From the IMG/VR virus record IMGVR_UViG_3300044691_000116, positions 1 through 64,000 of that record: 64,000 nt of DNA; one strand, written 5' to 3'. How positions within the stretch are numbered: position 1 is the stretch's first letter; the number at the start of each line of letters is the position of its first letter. The position numbers and the translations under genes are program-made. The notes under the pieces were generated by a model, which worked only from the letters and a program-made list of their open reading frames with translations, did no database searches and was not told where the DNA came from. Shown here in pieces: positions 1 to 7,718 of the stretch. This DNA is from a virus.

Positions 1-1
1 C

Positions 2-199
2 ACGCGCCAGGAAGCGGCGCTCATCTTCGCGAACTGCCGCCCGCACGTCGATCCCCTGTGGCACTGGACGAGCGAAGAGCACGAATCGAACGACTCGTGT
101 GCCTGGGATTGCCACTTCAGCAACGGCTGCCAGGTCAACGGCAGCAAGTCCTCCGAGGGCAGCGCCCGAGCCGTCCGCTTGATTCACATCACCGACTGA
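2..199 (+). CDS. DGR target protein 1, C-terminal part (5' end outside window); DUF1566/C-type-lectin-fold-like
   Basis: Frame from nt 2 reads TRQEAALIFANCRPHVDPLWHWTSEEHESNDSCAWDCHFSNGCQVNGSKSSEGSARAVRLIHITD*. It has the WTS...AW..F..G....ARAVR pattern of DGR CLec targets and contains VR1. Confidence 0.88.
   Translation, partial: TRQEAALIFANCRPHVDPLWHWTSEEHESNDSCAWDCHFSNGCQVNGSKSSEGSARAVRLIHITD
89..178 (+). repeat. DGR variable region VR1
   Basis: 90-nt ungapped match to TR 1264-1353 with 9 mismatches, all opposite TR adenines. Confidence 0.95.
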
Positions 200-237
200 A
201 TCCTTCAATCCTTCAGTCCACTCGAGGAGATGACCCA

Positions 238-696
238 ATGACCGAAATCACGCTGCAGGCCGTTCGCGCCAAGCAGACCGAGTTGGCGACCATGATCGCC
301 GCCCTGATGAACCAGACCGCGACGACGGTCTCCGTCGACGCGATCGACATCGAGCTGCGCGACGGCGAGCACTACGCCGGCGCCGTCCTGAACGATGACG
401 GCACGATCAAGCACCACCTGGTGCTGATGGCCGAGAAGCCGGACGAGATGCTGCCGTGGGCGCGCGCCATGGTCTGGGCCGATAGCGTTGGTGGCTTGCT
501 GCCCACGCGCCAGGAAGCGGCGCTCATCTTCGCGAACTGCCGCCCGCACGTCGATCCCCTGTGGCACTGGACGAGCGAAGAGCACGAATCGAACGACTCG
601 TGTGCCTGGTATTGCTACTTCATCAACGGCTACCAGGACCTCAACTTCAAGTCCTCCGAGGGCAGCGCCCGAGCCGTCCGCAGATTGACTTCGTAA
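238..696 (+). CDS. DGR target protein 2 (152 aa; DUF1566/CLec-like C-terminal domain, helical N-terminus)
   Basis: ATG at 238 after GAGGAG. Motifs LPTRQE, WHWTS and AWYCYFINGYQ...ARAVRR. Contains VR2. Confidence 0.9.
   Translation: MTEITLQAVRAKQTELATMIAALMNQTATTVSVDAIDIELRDGEHYAGAVLNDDGTIKHHLVLMAEKPDEMLPWARAMVWADSVGGLLPTRQEAALIFANCRPHVDPLWHWTSEEHESNDSCAWYCYFINGYQDLNFKSSEGSARAVRRLTS
592..686 (+). repeat. DGR variable region VR2
   Basis: 95-nt match to TR 1264-1358 with 8 mismatches, all opposite TR adenines. Confidence 0.95.
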
Positions 697-728
697 GTCC
701 TTCGATCCTTTGAATTGAGTCCCGCCAC

Positions 729-1091
729 ATGGCCATCCACGACCAACTGCCTATCTACCGCACCGGCGTGCGCCTGCTCGCCCTTGCGGTCAGAGTGCAG
801 GAGCAAATGCCGCGCAGCATCAAACGCATCTTGGGCGAGAAGATCACCCACCATTGCGTTGAGATGCTCGACCTGATGGCGTTCGCCAACGCGACCCAGA
901 AAGGCGTGCGCGCCAGGCACATCCAGGCGCTGCTGTCGCGGCAGCGCGCGGTGACCGTGCTTCTGCGGGTCAGCCACGATAGCCGATACCTCTCACCCAA
1001 GCTGTGGGCCGAGTCTGTCGAGTTGCTTGGCAGCATCGGCAGCCAAGCCGGCGGGTGGCTCAAGTCCGCAAATAGGGCGCCTGCAGCATGA
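729..1091 (+). CDS. avd: DGR accessory variability determinant (Avd, four-helix bundle)
   Basis: 120 aa basic helical protein with LPIY...MPR...LGEKI...IGSQAGGW pattern, lying between target and TR/RT. Confidence 0.88.
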   Translation: MAIHDQLPIYRTGVRLLALAVRVQEQMPRSIKRILGEKITHHCVEMLDLMAFANATQKGVRARHIQALLSRQRAVTVLLRVSHDSRYLSPKLWAESVELLGSIGSQAGGWLKSANRAPAA

Positions 1092-2449
1092 CGGTCAAGG
1101 CCCTCATGCCCGTGCGCAATGTGAATCTGGTTGCGCCCCTCGCCTACCCGGCGACGGACATGCACACCACAGATACCGTCGCCTCTGTGCGGGCCGCGTC
1201 TGGTGCAGCTATCGACCTGATCGGCGCAAGCCTTCGGGTCGACGGCCTTGAAAGCGCGACAACAACGACTCGTATGCCTGGAATTGCAACTTCAACAACG
1301 GCTACCAGGACAACAACAACAAGTCCTCCGAGGGCAGCGCCCGAGCCGTCCGCAGATTCCAACCTGTTTCCCCTGCTCGTCGAGGCGTACCTCGATTGCC
1401 GGCGCACGAAGCGCAACAGCGCCAGCGCGCTCGCATTCGAGGCCCACCTCGAAAGCAACCTGTGTGACCTGCACGACGATCTGGTCTCTGGCGCCTACCG
1501 GCCTGGGCGATCGACGTGCTTCGTCACGCTGCGCCCCAAGCCACGCGAGATCTGGGCGGCCGGCTTCCGCGATCGGGTGGTCCATCACCTGCTCCACAAC
1601 CGGATCTCGCCCACCTTCTACCGGTCGTTCACGGCTGACACCTGTGCCTGCATCCCGGGCCGCGGCACGCTGTACGCCGCTCGTCGCCTCGAGGCACAGG
1701 TGCGCAGCCTCACCGAGAACTGGTCGCGGCCGGCGTACTACCTGAAGTGCGACCTGTCGAATTTCTTCGTTGCGATCGACAAGTACGTGTTGCGCGAGCA
1801 GCTGCTGCCGCGCATCGAGGGCGCCTGGTGGCAGGACCTCTCCGAGACGGTGCTGTTCCACGACCCGCGCGGTGACGTCGAAGTGCGCTCGCCGGCGGCC
1901 GTCATGCGCCTGGTGCCACCGCACAAGAGCCTGTTCAATGCGCCGGCCGACACCGGCCTGCCGATCGGCAACTTGTCGTCGCAGTTCTTCGCAAACGTGC
2001 ACCTCGACGCGCTCGACCAGTTCGCCAAGCACCAGCTACGCGCGCCGCGGTACGTGCGCTACGTCGACGACTTCGTTTTCACGCACGAGTCGACCGAGGT
2101 TCTTAGCGGCTGGCTGCGCCAGGTCGACGCGTTCCTGCCATTGCGGCTCGGCGCTCACCTGAACCCACGCAAGACCGTGCTGCAGCCCATCGCCCGCGGC
2201 ATCGACTTCGTGGGCCACGTCATCCGTCCGTGGCACCGCACGCTGCGGGCGAACGCCCTGCCGAACGCCTTGCGCCGGCTCAGCGCAACGCCTGATGACA
2301 CGCTCTTCGAGACGCTGAACAGCTACTTCGGCATGTTCCGCCAGGCGCCGGCTAGCCATCACGTCCGCGCCCAGCTGGCCAACGCAGCCCGGAACCGCGG
2401 CTTCTGCGTCAACGGCTCGCTCACAAAAGTTTATCGAAAGACAGCATGA
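1088..2449 (+). CDS. DGR reverse transcriptase
   Basis: Motifs KPREIWAAGFRDRVVHH, YYLKCDLSNFF, GLPIGNLSSQFFAN (DGR-type SQ) and YVRYVDDF. ATG overlaps the avd stop (ATGA). True start uncertain. Confidence 0.95.
   Translation: MTVKALMPVRNVNLVAPLAYPATDMHTTDTVASVRAASGAAIDLIGASLRVDGLESATTTTRMPGIATSTTATRTTTTSPPRAAPEPSADSNLFPLLVEAYLDCRRTKRNSASALAFEAHLESNLCDLHDDLVSGAYRPGRSTCFVTLRPKPREIWAAGFRDRVVHHLLHNRISPTFYRSFTADTCACIPGRGTLYAARRLEAQVRSLTENWSRPAYYLKCDLSNFFVAIDKYVLREQLLPRIEGAWWQDLSETVLFHDPRGDVEVRSPAAVMRLVPPHKSLFNAPADTGLPIGNLSSQFFANVHLDALDQFAKHQLRAPRYVRYVDDFVFTHESTEVLSGWLRQVDAFLPLRLGAHLNPRKTVLQPIARGIDFVGHVIRPWHRTLRANALPNALRRLSATPDDTLFETLNSYFGMFRQAPASHHVRAQLANAARNRGFCVNGSLTKVYRKTA
1264..1358 (+). ncRNA. 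DGR template repeat (TR)
   Basis: AAC-rich invariant copy of VR1/VR2 (26 adenines in 1264-1353), located between avd and the RT core. Confidence 0.95.
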
Positions 2450-2709
2450 CGCCGAAGTTCACCGCTCCCGCCATGGTCGGCCGCATGTCCCCGCCGCTGT
2501 TCTCGCAAGGCTGCCTCATGGAGCCGCACAACCCGCGCTTCGCCAGCTACCCCTTCGTAGCGGTGCGGTACTGGATGCATGCCGATGGCTGTCGCCCGGG
2601 ATCATTCAGCTCACGCCCGGCCAATCGGCAGCGCGGCCGAGAGTCCGACTGGTTTCTGTGCGCTCTTCCGCCAGTGCAGGCCGAACTTTTTCAAGGATGC
2701 CTAGCATGA
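2446..2709 (+). CDS. hypothetical protein
   Basis: ATGA-coupled to the RT stop and to the next gene. Confidence 0.5.
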   Translation: MTPKFTAPAMVGRMSPPLFSQGCLMEPHNPRFASYPFVAVRYWMHADGCRPGSFSSRPANRQRGRESDWFLCALPPVQAELFQGCLA

Positions 2710-3104
2710 GCGCCACTCCCAAAGCCGACCGTATCAACGCAGTCGCGCTGACCATGCAAGGCGTGATGGCTGGGCTGGTCGACTTCTACGACGACGCCGT
2801 CGGCGCTGGTCAGCACAACATCGTCTTGATCGTCAACGCAGGCGACACGTCGCAATACGTTGCAAACACCGAACGGCCCCAGGCCATCGGAATGATGCAA
2901 GGCGTCCTCGCCCGCTGGTCGCTCGGGATGCCCGACACGATGCCGGGCGAAAGCGCTCCTGGCGACACGCGGGCCTTCGAGTATCTGTTGAACGAGTTCG
3001 TCGCCGAACTCAAGCGCAGCGGCACTGAGATGAACACGTCGCGCGCCAACCTCGTCGCGCACGCCGGCAGTCTGGTAGCTCAGGCCAATCGGAGGCGCGC
3101 ATGA
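2706..3104 (+). CDS. hypothetical protein
   Basis: ATGA overlaps on both sides; protein-like composition. Confidence 0.65.
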   Translation: MSATPKADRINAVALTMQGVMAGLVDFYDDAVGAGQHNIVLIVNAGDTSQYVANTERPQAIGMMQGVLARWSLGMPDTMPGESAPGDTRAFEYLLNEFVAELKRSGTEMNTSRANLVAHAGSLVAQANRRRA

Positions 3105-3397
3105 GATCCGGCCACACCTTCTATGGTCATGAGGCCGGCCGCGCATCCCGCGAACTCGGGCAAGCGCTCACCCAAGCCAACACGTTTCGCAGCCTGCTCG
3201 CCGAGACGGATGCCGCCTTGCGCGGGGCGTGGGTTGCTGGCCGCTTGCCCGCCGGGATCATCTCAAACGACTTGATCGAACGAACGCGCGCCGCACTTGC
3301 TGGCGAAGCAGTCCGACGCGAAACCTTGGAGGAGTCGGTCGATCGTCTATCAAAACTTCCCGGCGCAATCACACAACTCACGAAAGCCGGCCCGTGA
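3101..3397 (+). CDS. hypothetical protein
   Basis: GGAGG RBS; coupled start. Confidence 0.65.
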   Translation: MRSGHTFYGHEAGRASRELGQALTQANTFRSLLAETDAALRGAWVAGRLPAGIISNDLIERTRAALAGEAVRRETLEESVDRLSKLPGAITQLTKAGP

Positions 3398-3624
3398 ACA
3401 TCAAATCCGCGCTCTGGCCTGTCCTGCTGGTCACTGCCATCGCCCTCGGCTGCCTGGGCGCAGAACTGCACCAGCAGGAGCACGACACGTGGATCCAGTT
3501 CCGCACCACTCACCGCTGCGTCGACATCGGCAAGACCTCACCGCCAGCCGGCATCAGCACAACGCCAGGCAAGACCGCGTGGCTCTGCGACGACCAACTG
3601 ATCCACGTGCACGACACCGAATAA
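3394..3624 (+). CDS. small membrane-anchored/exported protein
   Basis: GTGA-coupled start; N-terminal hydrophobic segment; W..F...H.C and WLCDD motifs. Confidence 0.6.
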   Translation: MNIKSALWPVLLVTAIALGCLGAELHQQEHDTWIQFRTTHRCVDIGKTSPPAGISTTPGKTAWLCDDQLIHVHDTE

Positions 3625-3648
3625 CTCCGGCATTCACGAAAGCAAATC

Positions 3649-4056
3649 ATGAAGACCATCCTCGCGACCCTCGCCCTCATCGCTCCGCTGCTGGCGAGTG
3701 CTGCAACCGTCGAGCCGACGCCTTGCTACAACTACCCGGCCACGCAAGTCAACTGCGTTCCCCTCGTGGTCGATGGCATCACGTCGGCGAACATGGTTCG
3801 CTATTCCACGTCGGCCGGGTCATTCCTTGCGATCACGTTGGACAACGTGGTCTATACGACGCTGCCGAGCGCCTGGGTCACGACGTCGGTGGCGACCGGC
3901 CCTTATGACGCGAACCAAAACTGGGTCGGTCAAGCGTACTCCGGTGCGGCGGTGCTGTCGTTCAACCTGAACATGCACACGAAGCGCGGCATCTGCTCGG
4001 GCCGCGGGTGCCGGACGCCCTACAGCTACTCCGTGCTGGGCGGCTCGCTGCAGTAA
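3649..4056 (+). CDS. exported protein with signal peptide
   Basis: MKTILATLALIAPLLASA signal peptide; two Cys pairs; beta-rich. Confidence 0.7.
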   Translation: MKTILATLALIAPLLASAATVEPTPCYNYPATQVNCVPLVVDGITSANMVRYSTSAGSFLAITLDNVVYTTLPSAWVTTSVATGPYDANQNWVGQAYSGAAVLSFNLNMHTKRGICSGRGCRTPYSYSVLGGSLQ

Positions 4057-4104
4057 CCCCCACCCCTCCCACCAGGGCATTTACTACGTCAACGAAAGAT
4101 TGAG

Positions 4105-4971
4105 ATGACCGAAACCACTCAAGCCGCACGCCAGGTGCAAATCGTCAGCCGCTGGAATTCGTCCCGTGTGCTGTTCTCGTTCGATGTGCCGGCAACGGTC
4201 GCGAGCGGAATGGAGACGCGAGCAGCGCTGGAGTCCGCTGTGGCTGGCGGCGCCAACCTGCGCGGCGCCGACCTGAGCGACGCCGACCTGAGCGACGCCA
4301 ACCTGCGCGGCGCCGACCTGAGCGACGCCGACCTGAGCGACGCCAACCTGCGCGGCGCCGACCTGCGCGGCGCCAACCTGCGCGACGCCGACCTGAGCGG
4401 CGCCGACCTGCGCGGCGCCAACCTGAGCGACGCCAACCTGCGCGGCGCCGACCTGCGCGACGCCGACCTGCGCGACGCCAACCTGCGCGGCGCCGACCTG
4501 CGCGGCGCCAACCTGAGCGACGCCAACCTGCGCGGCGCCGACCTGCGCGACGCCGACCTGCGCGACGCCGACCTGCGCGGCGCCGACCTGCGCGGCGCCG
4601 ACCTGCGCGACGCCGACCTGCGCGGCGCCGACCTGCGCGACGCCAACCTGAGCCCAATCAAGGCCGACTACTTCGACGTGCTGCTGCGCGCGCCGCGCGA
4701 GATTCCTGCTCTACGCGCCGCCTTGGTTGCCGGCAAGGTGGACGGCTCCTGCTACGAGGGCGCGTGCGCGTGCCTTGTGGGCACGATCGCCAATGCTCGC
4801 GGTGCGCAGTACGACGCGCTCGGCTCCGGTCTGGCGCCGAATTCGAGCCGACCCATCGAGAGCTTTTTCATGTCAATCACGAGCGGCGACACGCCGGAAA
4901 CGAATCAGGTGTCAAAGCTGGCTGTCGAATGGCTCGACGAGTTCGCCGGCTTGTTGTCTGCCGCCGCCTGA
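4105..4971 (+). CDS. pentapeptide repeat protein
   Basis: 27 A(D/N)L(R/S)(G/D) units, plus a C-terminal [17 protein letters not shown] domain. Confidence 0.92.
   Translation: MTETTQAARQVQIVSRWNSSRVLFSFDVPATVASGMETRAALESAVAGGANLRGADLSDADLSDANLRGADLSDADLSDANLRGADLRGANLRDADLSGADLRGANLSDANLRGADLRDADLRDANLRGADLRGANLSDANLRGADLRDADLRDADLRGADLRGADLRDADLRGADLRDANLSPIKADYFDVLLRAPREIPALRAALVAGKVDGSCYEGACACLVGTIANARGAQYDALGSGLAPNSSRPIESFFMSITSGDTPETNQVSKLAVEWLDEFAGLLSAAA
4252..4656 (+). repeat. 15-bp coding tandem repeat, 27 units
   Basis: Unit GCC(A/G)ACCTG(A/C)GCG(A/G)C. Confidence 0.95.
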
Positions 4972-4998
4972 CCCCACGGGGCTTTATAGGAGATTGAG

Positions 4999-5355
4999 AT
5001 GGGACGAGAGCTTTTCCGAGTGCCGATGGATTTCCCGATGAACCCAACAGACGGGCAGATTGCTTACCGGCAAGGTCGGCAGCTCGCGTACAAATCTGGG
5101 CGATGCAAGCCTCCGGCCGGCTACCAAATGTGGCAGACCGTCAGCGACAGGCCTTACTCGCCGGTCTTTGCGACCGCTGAGGAATTGGCCCGTTGGTGCT
5201 CACTCAATCCGTGGGGTGCCGAGCGCGATAACCCAGTCAGCTACGAGACGTGGCTTCGTTTCATCAACGGCCCCGGGTGGGCGCCTTCGATGATCGCCAC
5301 CAACGGCAACATGCAAACCGGCGTCCACGCCCTCGCTACCGGAGCAACGCAATGA
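4999..5355 (+). CDS. hypothetical phage protein
   Basis: AGGAG RBS; GYQMWQTVS..P.SPVF.T.EELA.W motif. Confidence 0.75.
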   Translation: MGRELFRVPMDFPMNPTDGQIAYRQGRQLAYKSGRCKPPAGYQMWQTVSDRPYSPVFATAEELARWCSLNPWGAERDNPVSYETWLRFINGPGWAPSMIATNGNMQTGVHALATGATQ

Positions 5356-5612
5356 GCAAGCCGAAATTGACGCCGTGGTTTCCTGCCACCCAGAAACCTG
5401 TTCGCCCAGGCGTTTACGAGGTCATAACCCGTTGCTCCGAAGAGGGCCAGCCAGCGTATAGCCATTTCGACGGCGCCTACTGGAACGGCGGATGGGAGTC
5501 TCCAGAGCGCGCTGCGATCCGCGCGAACTTCTGCGACAAAACAGGTTCTCAGGGTAGTTGCGAATTGCTGCTGAATTGGCGCGGACTCGCTACCGGAGCA
5601 ACCCATGCGTGA
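5352..5612 (+). CDS. hypothetical phage protein
   Basis: MSKPKLTPWFP...KPVRPGVYEV...WRGL; flanked by a 17-bp direct repeat. Confidence 0.75.
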   Translation: MSKPKLTPWFPATQKPVRPGVYEVITRCSEEGQPAYSHFDGAYWNGGWESPERAAIRANFCDKTGSQGSCELLLNWRGLATGATHA

Positions 5613-5934
5613 GCCTCTGACGCCCAACGAAGCAGCGGGTCTACCGTCGATAGCCAGCGATTTGCACGCCATTGCGGCAAGAGCCGTTTTTGATTTTAAG
5701 GTTCCGACTAAAGCGAAAAGCCTCTACCCGGCACTACACGCGGTGGCTTATGCAATCGAGTGGCCCAACCAAGCTGAGGCACTTGGCGCAGTCTTCCGCA
5801 TCGTCGCGGGCGCGTGCGGAGTCAAGTATGGCTCGGAATACATGGGCAGGGTAATTGACGCTAGGCATCGGGACGGAACGCTTCAGTCGGTGCTGCGTGG
5901 CGCCATCAAGGATCACCATGACCAAACCAAATGA
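5605..5934 (+). CDS. hypothetical protein
   Basis: GGAG RBS; overlaps neighbouring genes. Confidence 0.6.
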   Translation: MREPLTPNEAAGLPSIASDLHAIAARAVFDFKVPTKAKSLYPALHAVAYAIEWPNQAEALGAVFRIVAGACGVKYGSEYMGRVIDARHRDGTLQSVLRGAIKDHHDQTK

Positions 5935-7069
5935 CGCCCAGGCAACCCAAGCCGCTTCGCCCAAGCAAGCGGAGCCGGCAGGGTGGAAGAGCCTTTCCGA
6001 TTGCGAATGGGTGAACATCGTCAACGCGCCGAGCGTTCTCGACCCGATGAACAGCAAGGATGATGCTGTTGCGGAAGCGTTCAAACTCATTGAGGCGAAG
6101 CTGCGCGAGAAGAATGCGGGCACGCACCCAGCAGAGCCGGCAGATTGGTCGGGTCGTGTGATCGAAGTTTTCTACGAGACGCATCGGGCGGTCATCCGTT
6201 ACGAAGGAGATCACCCTGAAATCAATCAGGCCGTCTATCTCGCCACCCCGCAACAAGCGGTATCAGCGCAGGAGCTGAGCGACGAGCAAATCAGCCTGCT
6301 CTGGATGGAAGCTCATCATCCGCATCGTGCGGGAAGCTCTACCGGCAATACACGCGTTAAGCGCTTCGCCCGTGCTGCTATCGCCGCTGCCCGCGCGCAA
6401 CAGGCCCCGCAAGCTTCCCCGAAGTCCGACGAGCCACTCGACATGCCCGAGAACGACGAAGCGCACGAGGCATGGGTATCGGCCTGCGAGGTGGACGGCG
6501 TCAAGCACAGCGGATCGGCGTTTGAGCGTGGATGGGAACTCGCGCTGTCGAACGGCTTGCCGGAATGGCCTACCTGGGCTTCGCAGATCCTGAAGATCGT
6601 TCGCGAGCACTCAGGATACGACGGCTTCGATGATGCCGATGGCGTTGACCTTGTCGAGGAAACTCGCGAGTGCCTTGGCGAGTTGGCGGCTATGGCTGAC
6701 CGTGCCCGGTCGGAACTGAAGGCGGCCCCGCAAGCCTTGGAGGTTAGGGACTGCATCGAATACCTGAACGACTGCTTCGTGGATGACGATGGCCGACTCA
6801 CCTTGACTCGTGATCGGATCGTGGAAACCTTGCAGGCGTTCACTACTCCGAAATCCCCGCAAGCTGTCGAGTCGCAGGGGCAGGTGCAGAAGGGTTGGAA
6901 GCTCGTGCCGATTGAGCCGACGATGGAAATGCTCGCGGCAGGCTACGAGAACCGCGAAGGCCCAACGCCCTATGCAGCGTACCGGCCTAGCGAAGTCGGC
7001 GCGATCTATCAGGACATGATCGCCGCAGCTCCTGACCGCACAGCTACTCCTGCTGGGGAGGGCGCATGA
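5918..7069 (+). CDS. mosaic multi-module phage protein
   Basis: Several short modules joined by PQA linkers, including GWKLVPIEPT.EML.AG and LSDEQI...FARA. Confidence 0.7.
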   Translation: MTKPNDAQATQAASPKQAEPAGWKSLSDCEWVNIVNAPSVLDPMNSKDDAVAEAFKLIEAKLREKNAGTHPAEPADWSGRVIEVFYETHRAVIRYEGDHPEINQAVYLATPQQAVSAQELSDEQISLLWMEAHHPHRAGSSTGNTRVKRFARAAIAAARAQQAPQASPKSDEPLDMPENDEAHEAWVSACEVDGVKHSGSAFERGWELALSNGLPEWPTWASQILKIVREHSGYDGFDDADGVDLVEETRECLGELAAMADRARSELKAAPQALEVRDCIEYLNDCFVDDDGRLTLTRDRIVETLQAFTTPKSPQAVESQGQVQKGWKLVPIEPTMEMLAAGYENREGPTPYAAYRPSEVGAIYQDMIAAAPDRTATPAGEGA

Positions 7070-7317
7070 GCAAACGTTTATTCACTGCCGCAAATGGCGA
7101 AGTCCGCTGCGAATGGACTATCAGGCTGCGAGGCAAGGCGGCAAACCTCGGTAGCGATGACGTAGCGCAATGCATGAGGCGCAAGGTTGTCGGCGATCTT
7201 TGTGCTCAGCACGCCAAGATGGCAGACCGCTGGTCGTGCAACTACTGCGGCGGGAACGATGAACTTCCGCCCGACCACTGCATGGATTGCAGCCGCCCAC
7301 AGGACGTAAAAGCATGA
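7066..7317 (+). CDS. small Cys-rich hypothetical protein
   Basis: Coupled start; CxxC pairs. Confidence 0.6.
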   Translation: MSKRLFTAANGEVRCEWTIRLRGKAANLGSDDVAQCMRRKVVGDLCAQHAKMADRWSCNYCGGNDELPPDHCMDCSRPQDVKA

Positions 7318-7718
7318 CCCCCTCTATCGCACGACTGCGGCAGGCGCTGGAGAACCTCGATTCGCTCCCGAAGAATACGGGGTTCACGCCTGCCGAGAGA
7401 TTCCATGCGGCCGGCGATCGACGCAACGCATTCCGTAGCCTAGCAGACGCCGCGAACCCCGAGGCCATCCGCGAGGTGCTCGATCTTCTCGATGCAGCGG
7501 AGAAGGATGCGGGGCGGCTGAAAGCGAAGCTCGATGCTCTGGACAACCTTCCTGCCGAAGACTTCATCCGCAAGGTAGCGGGTCAGATGGGGCCGCCTCC
7601 GTTTAAAGAGTGGCCGGTGTCGCACGTCTGCCAGCAGAATGCCGACGAAGCCCGCGAACTCGTCGAAGCCTACGCCGCAATCTCGGCTCGCGCATCTACT
7701 GCGGGGAATTCCCTATGA
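7314..7718 (+). CDS. Ead/Ea22-like hypothetical protein
   Basis: AANPEAIREVLDLLDAAEKDA motif. Confidence 0.6.
   Translation: MTPSIARLRQALENLDSLPKNTGFTPAERFHAAGDRRNAFRSLADAANPEAIREVLDLLDAAEKDAGRLKAKLDALDNLPAEDFIRKVAGQMGPPPFKEWPVSHVCQQNADEARELVEAYAAISARASTAGNSL

Larger units (their letters stand above)
1..2449 (+). mobile_element. Diversity-generating retroelement cassette (target1-target2-avd-TR-RT)
   Basis: All components present; adenine-specific TR/VR differences. Confidence 0.95.

Noticed and set aside
58-237. N-terminal extension of ORF 58..696 in the ORF track
   Set aside because: It is an off-frame reading of target 1; the RBS-supported start is ATG 238.
1088-2449. RT as group II intron, retron or Abi RT
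   Set aside because: The SQ motif, adjacent avd and adenine-specific TR/VR pairs identify a DGR; no maturase or endonuclease extension is seen.
4252-4656. All three variable positions in the pentapeptide unit alternate between A and another base, resembling DGR mutagenesis; the array also looks superficially CRISPR-like
   Set aside because: Each position has only two states, there is no similarity to the TR and there are no unique spacers. It is explained by coding constraints and slippage.
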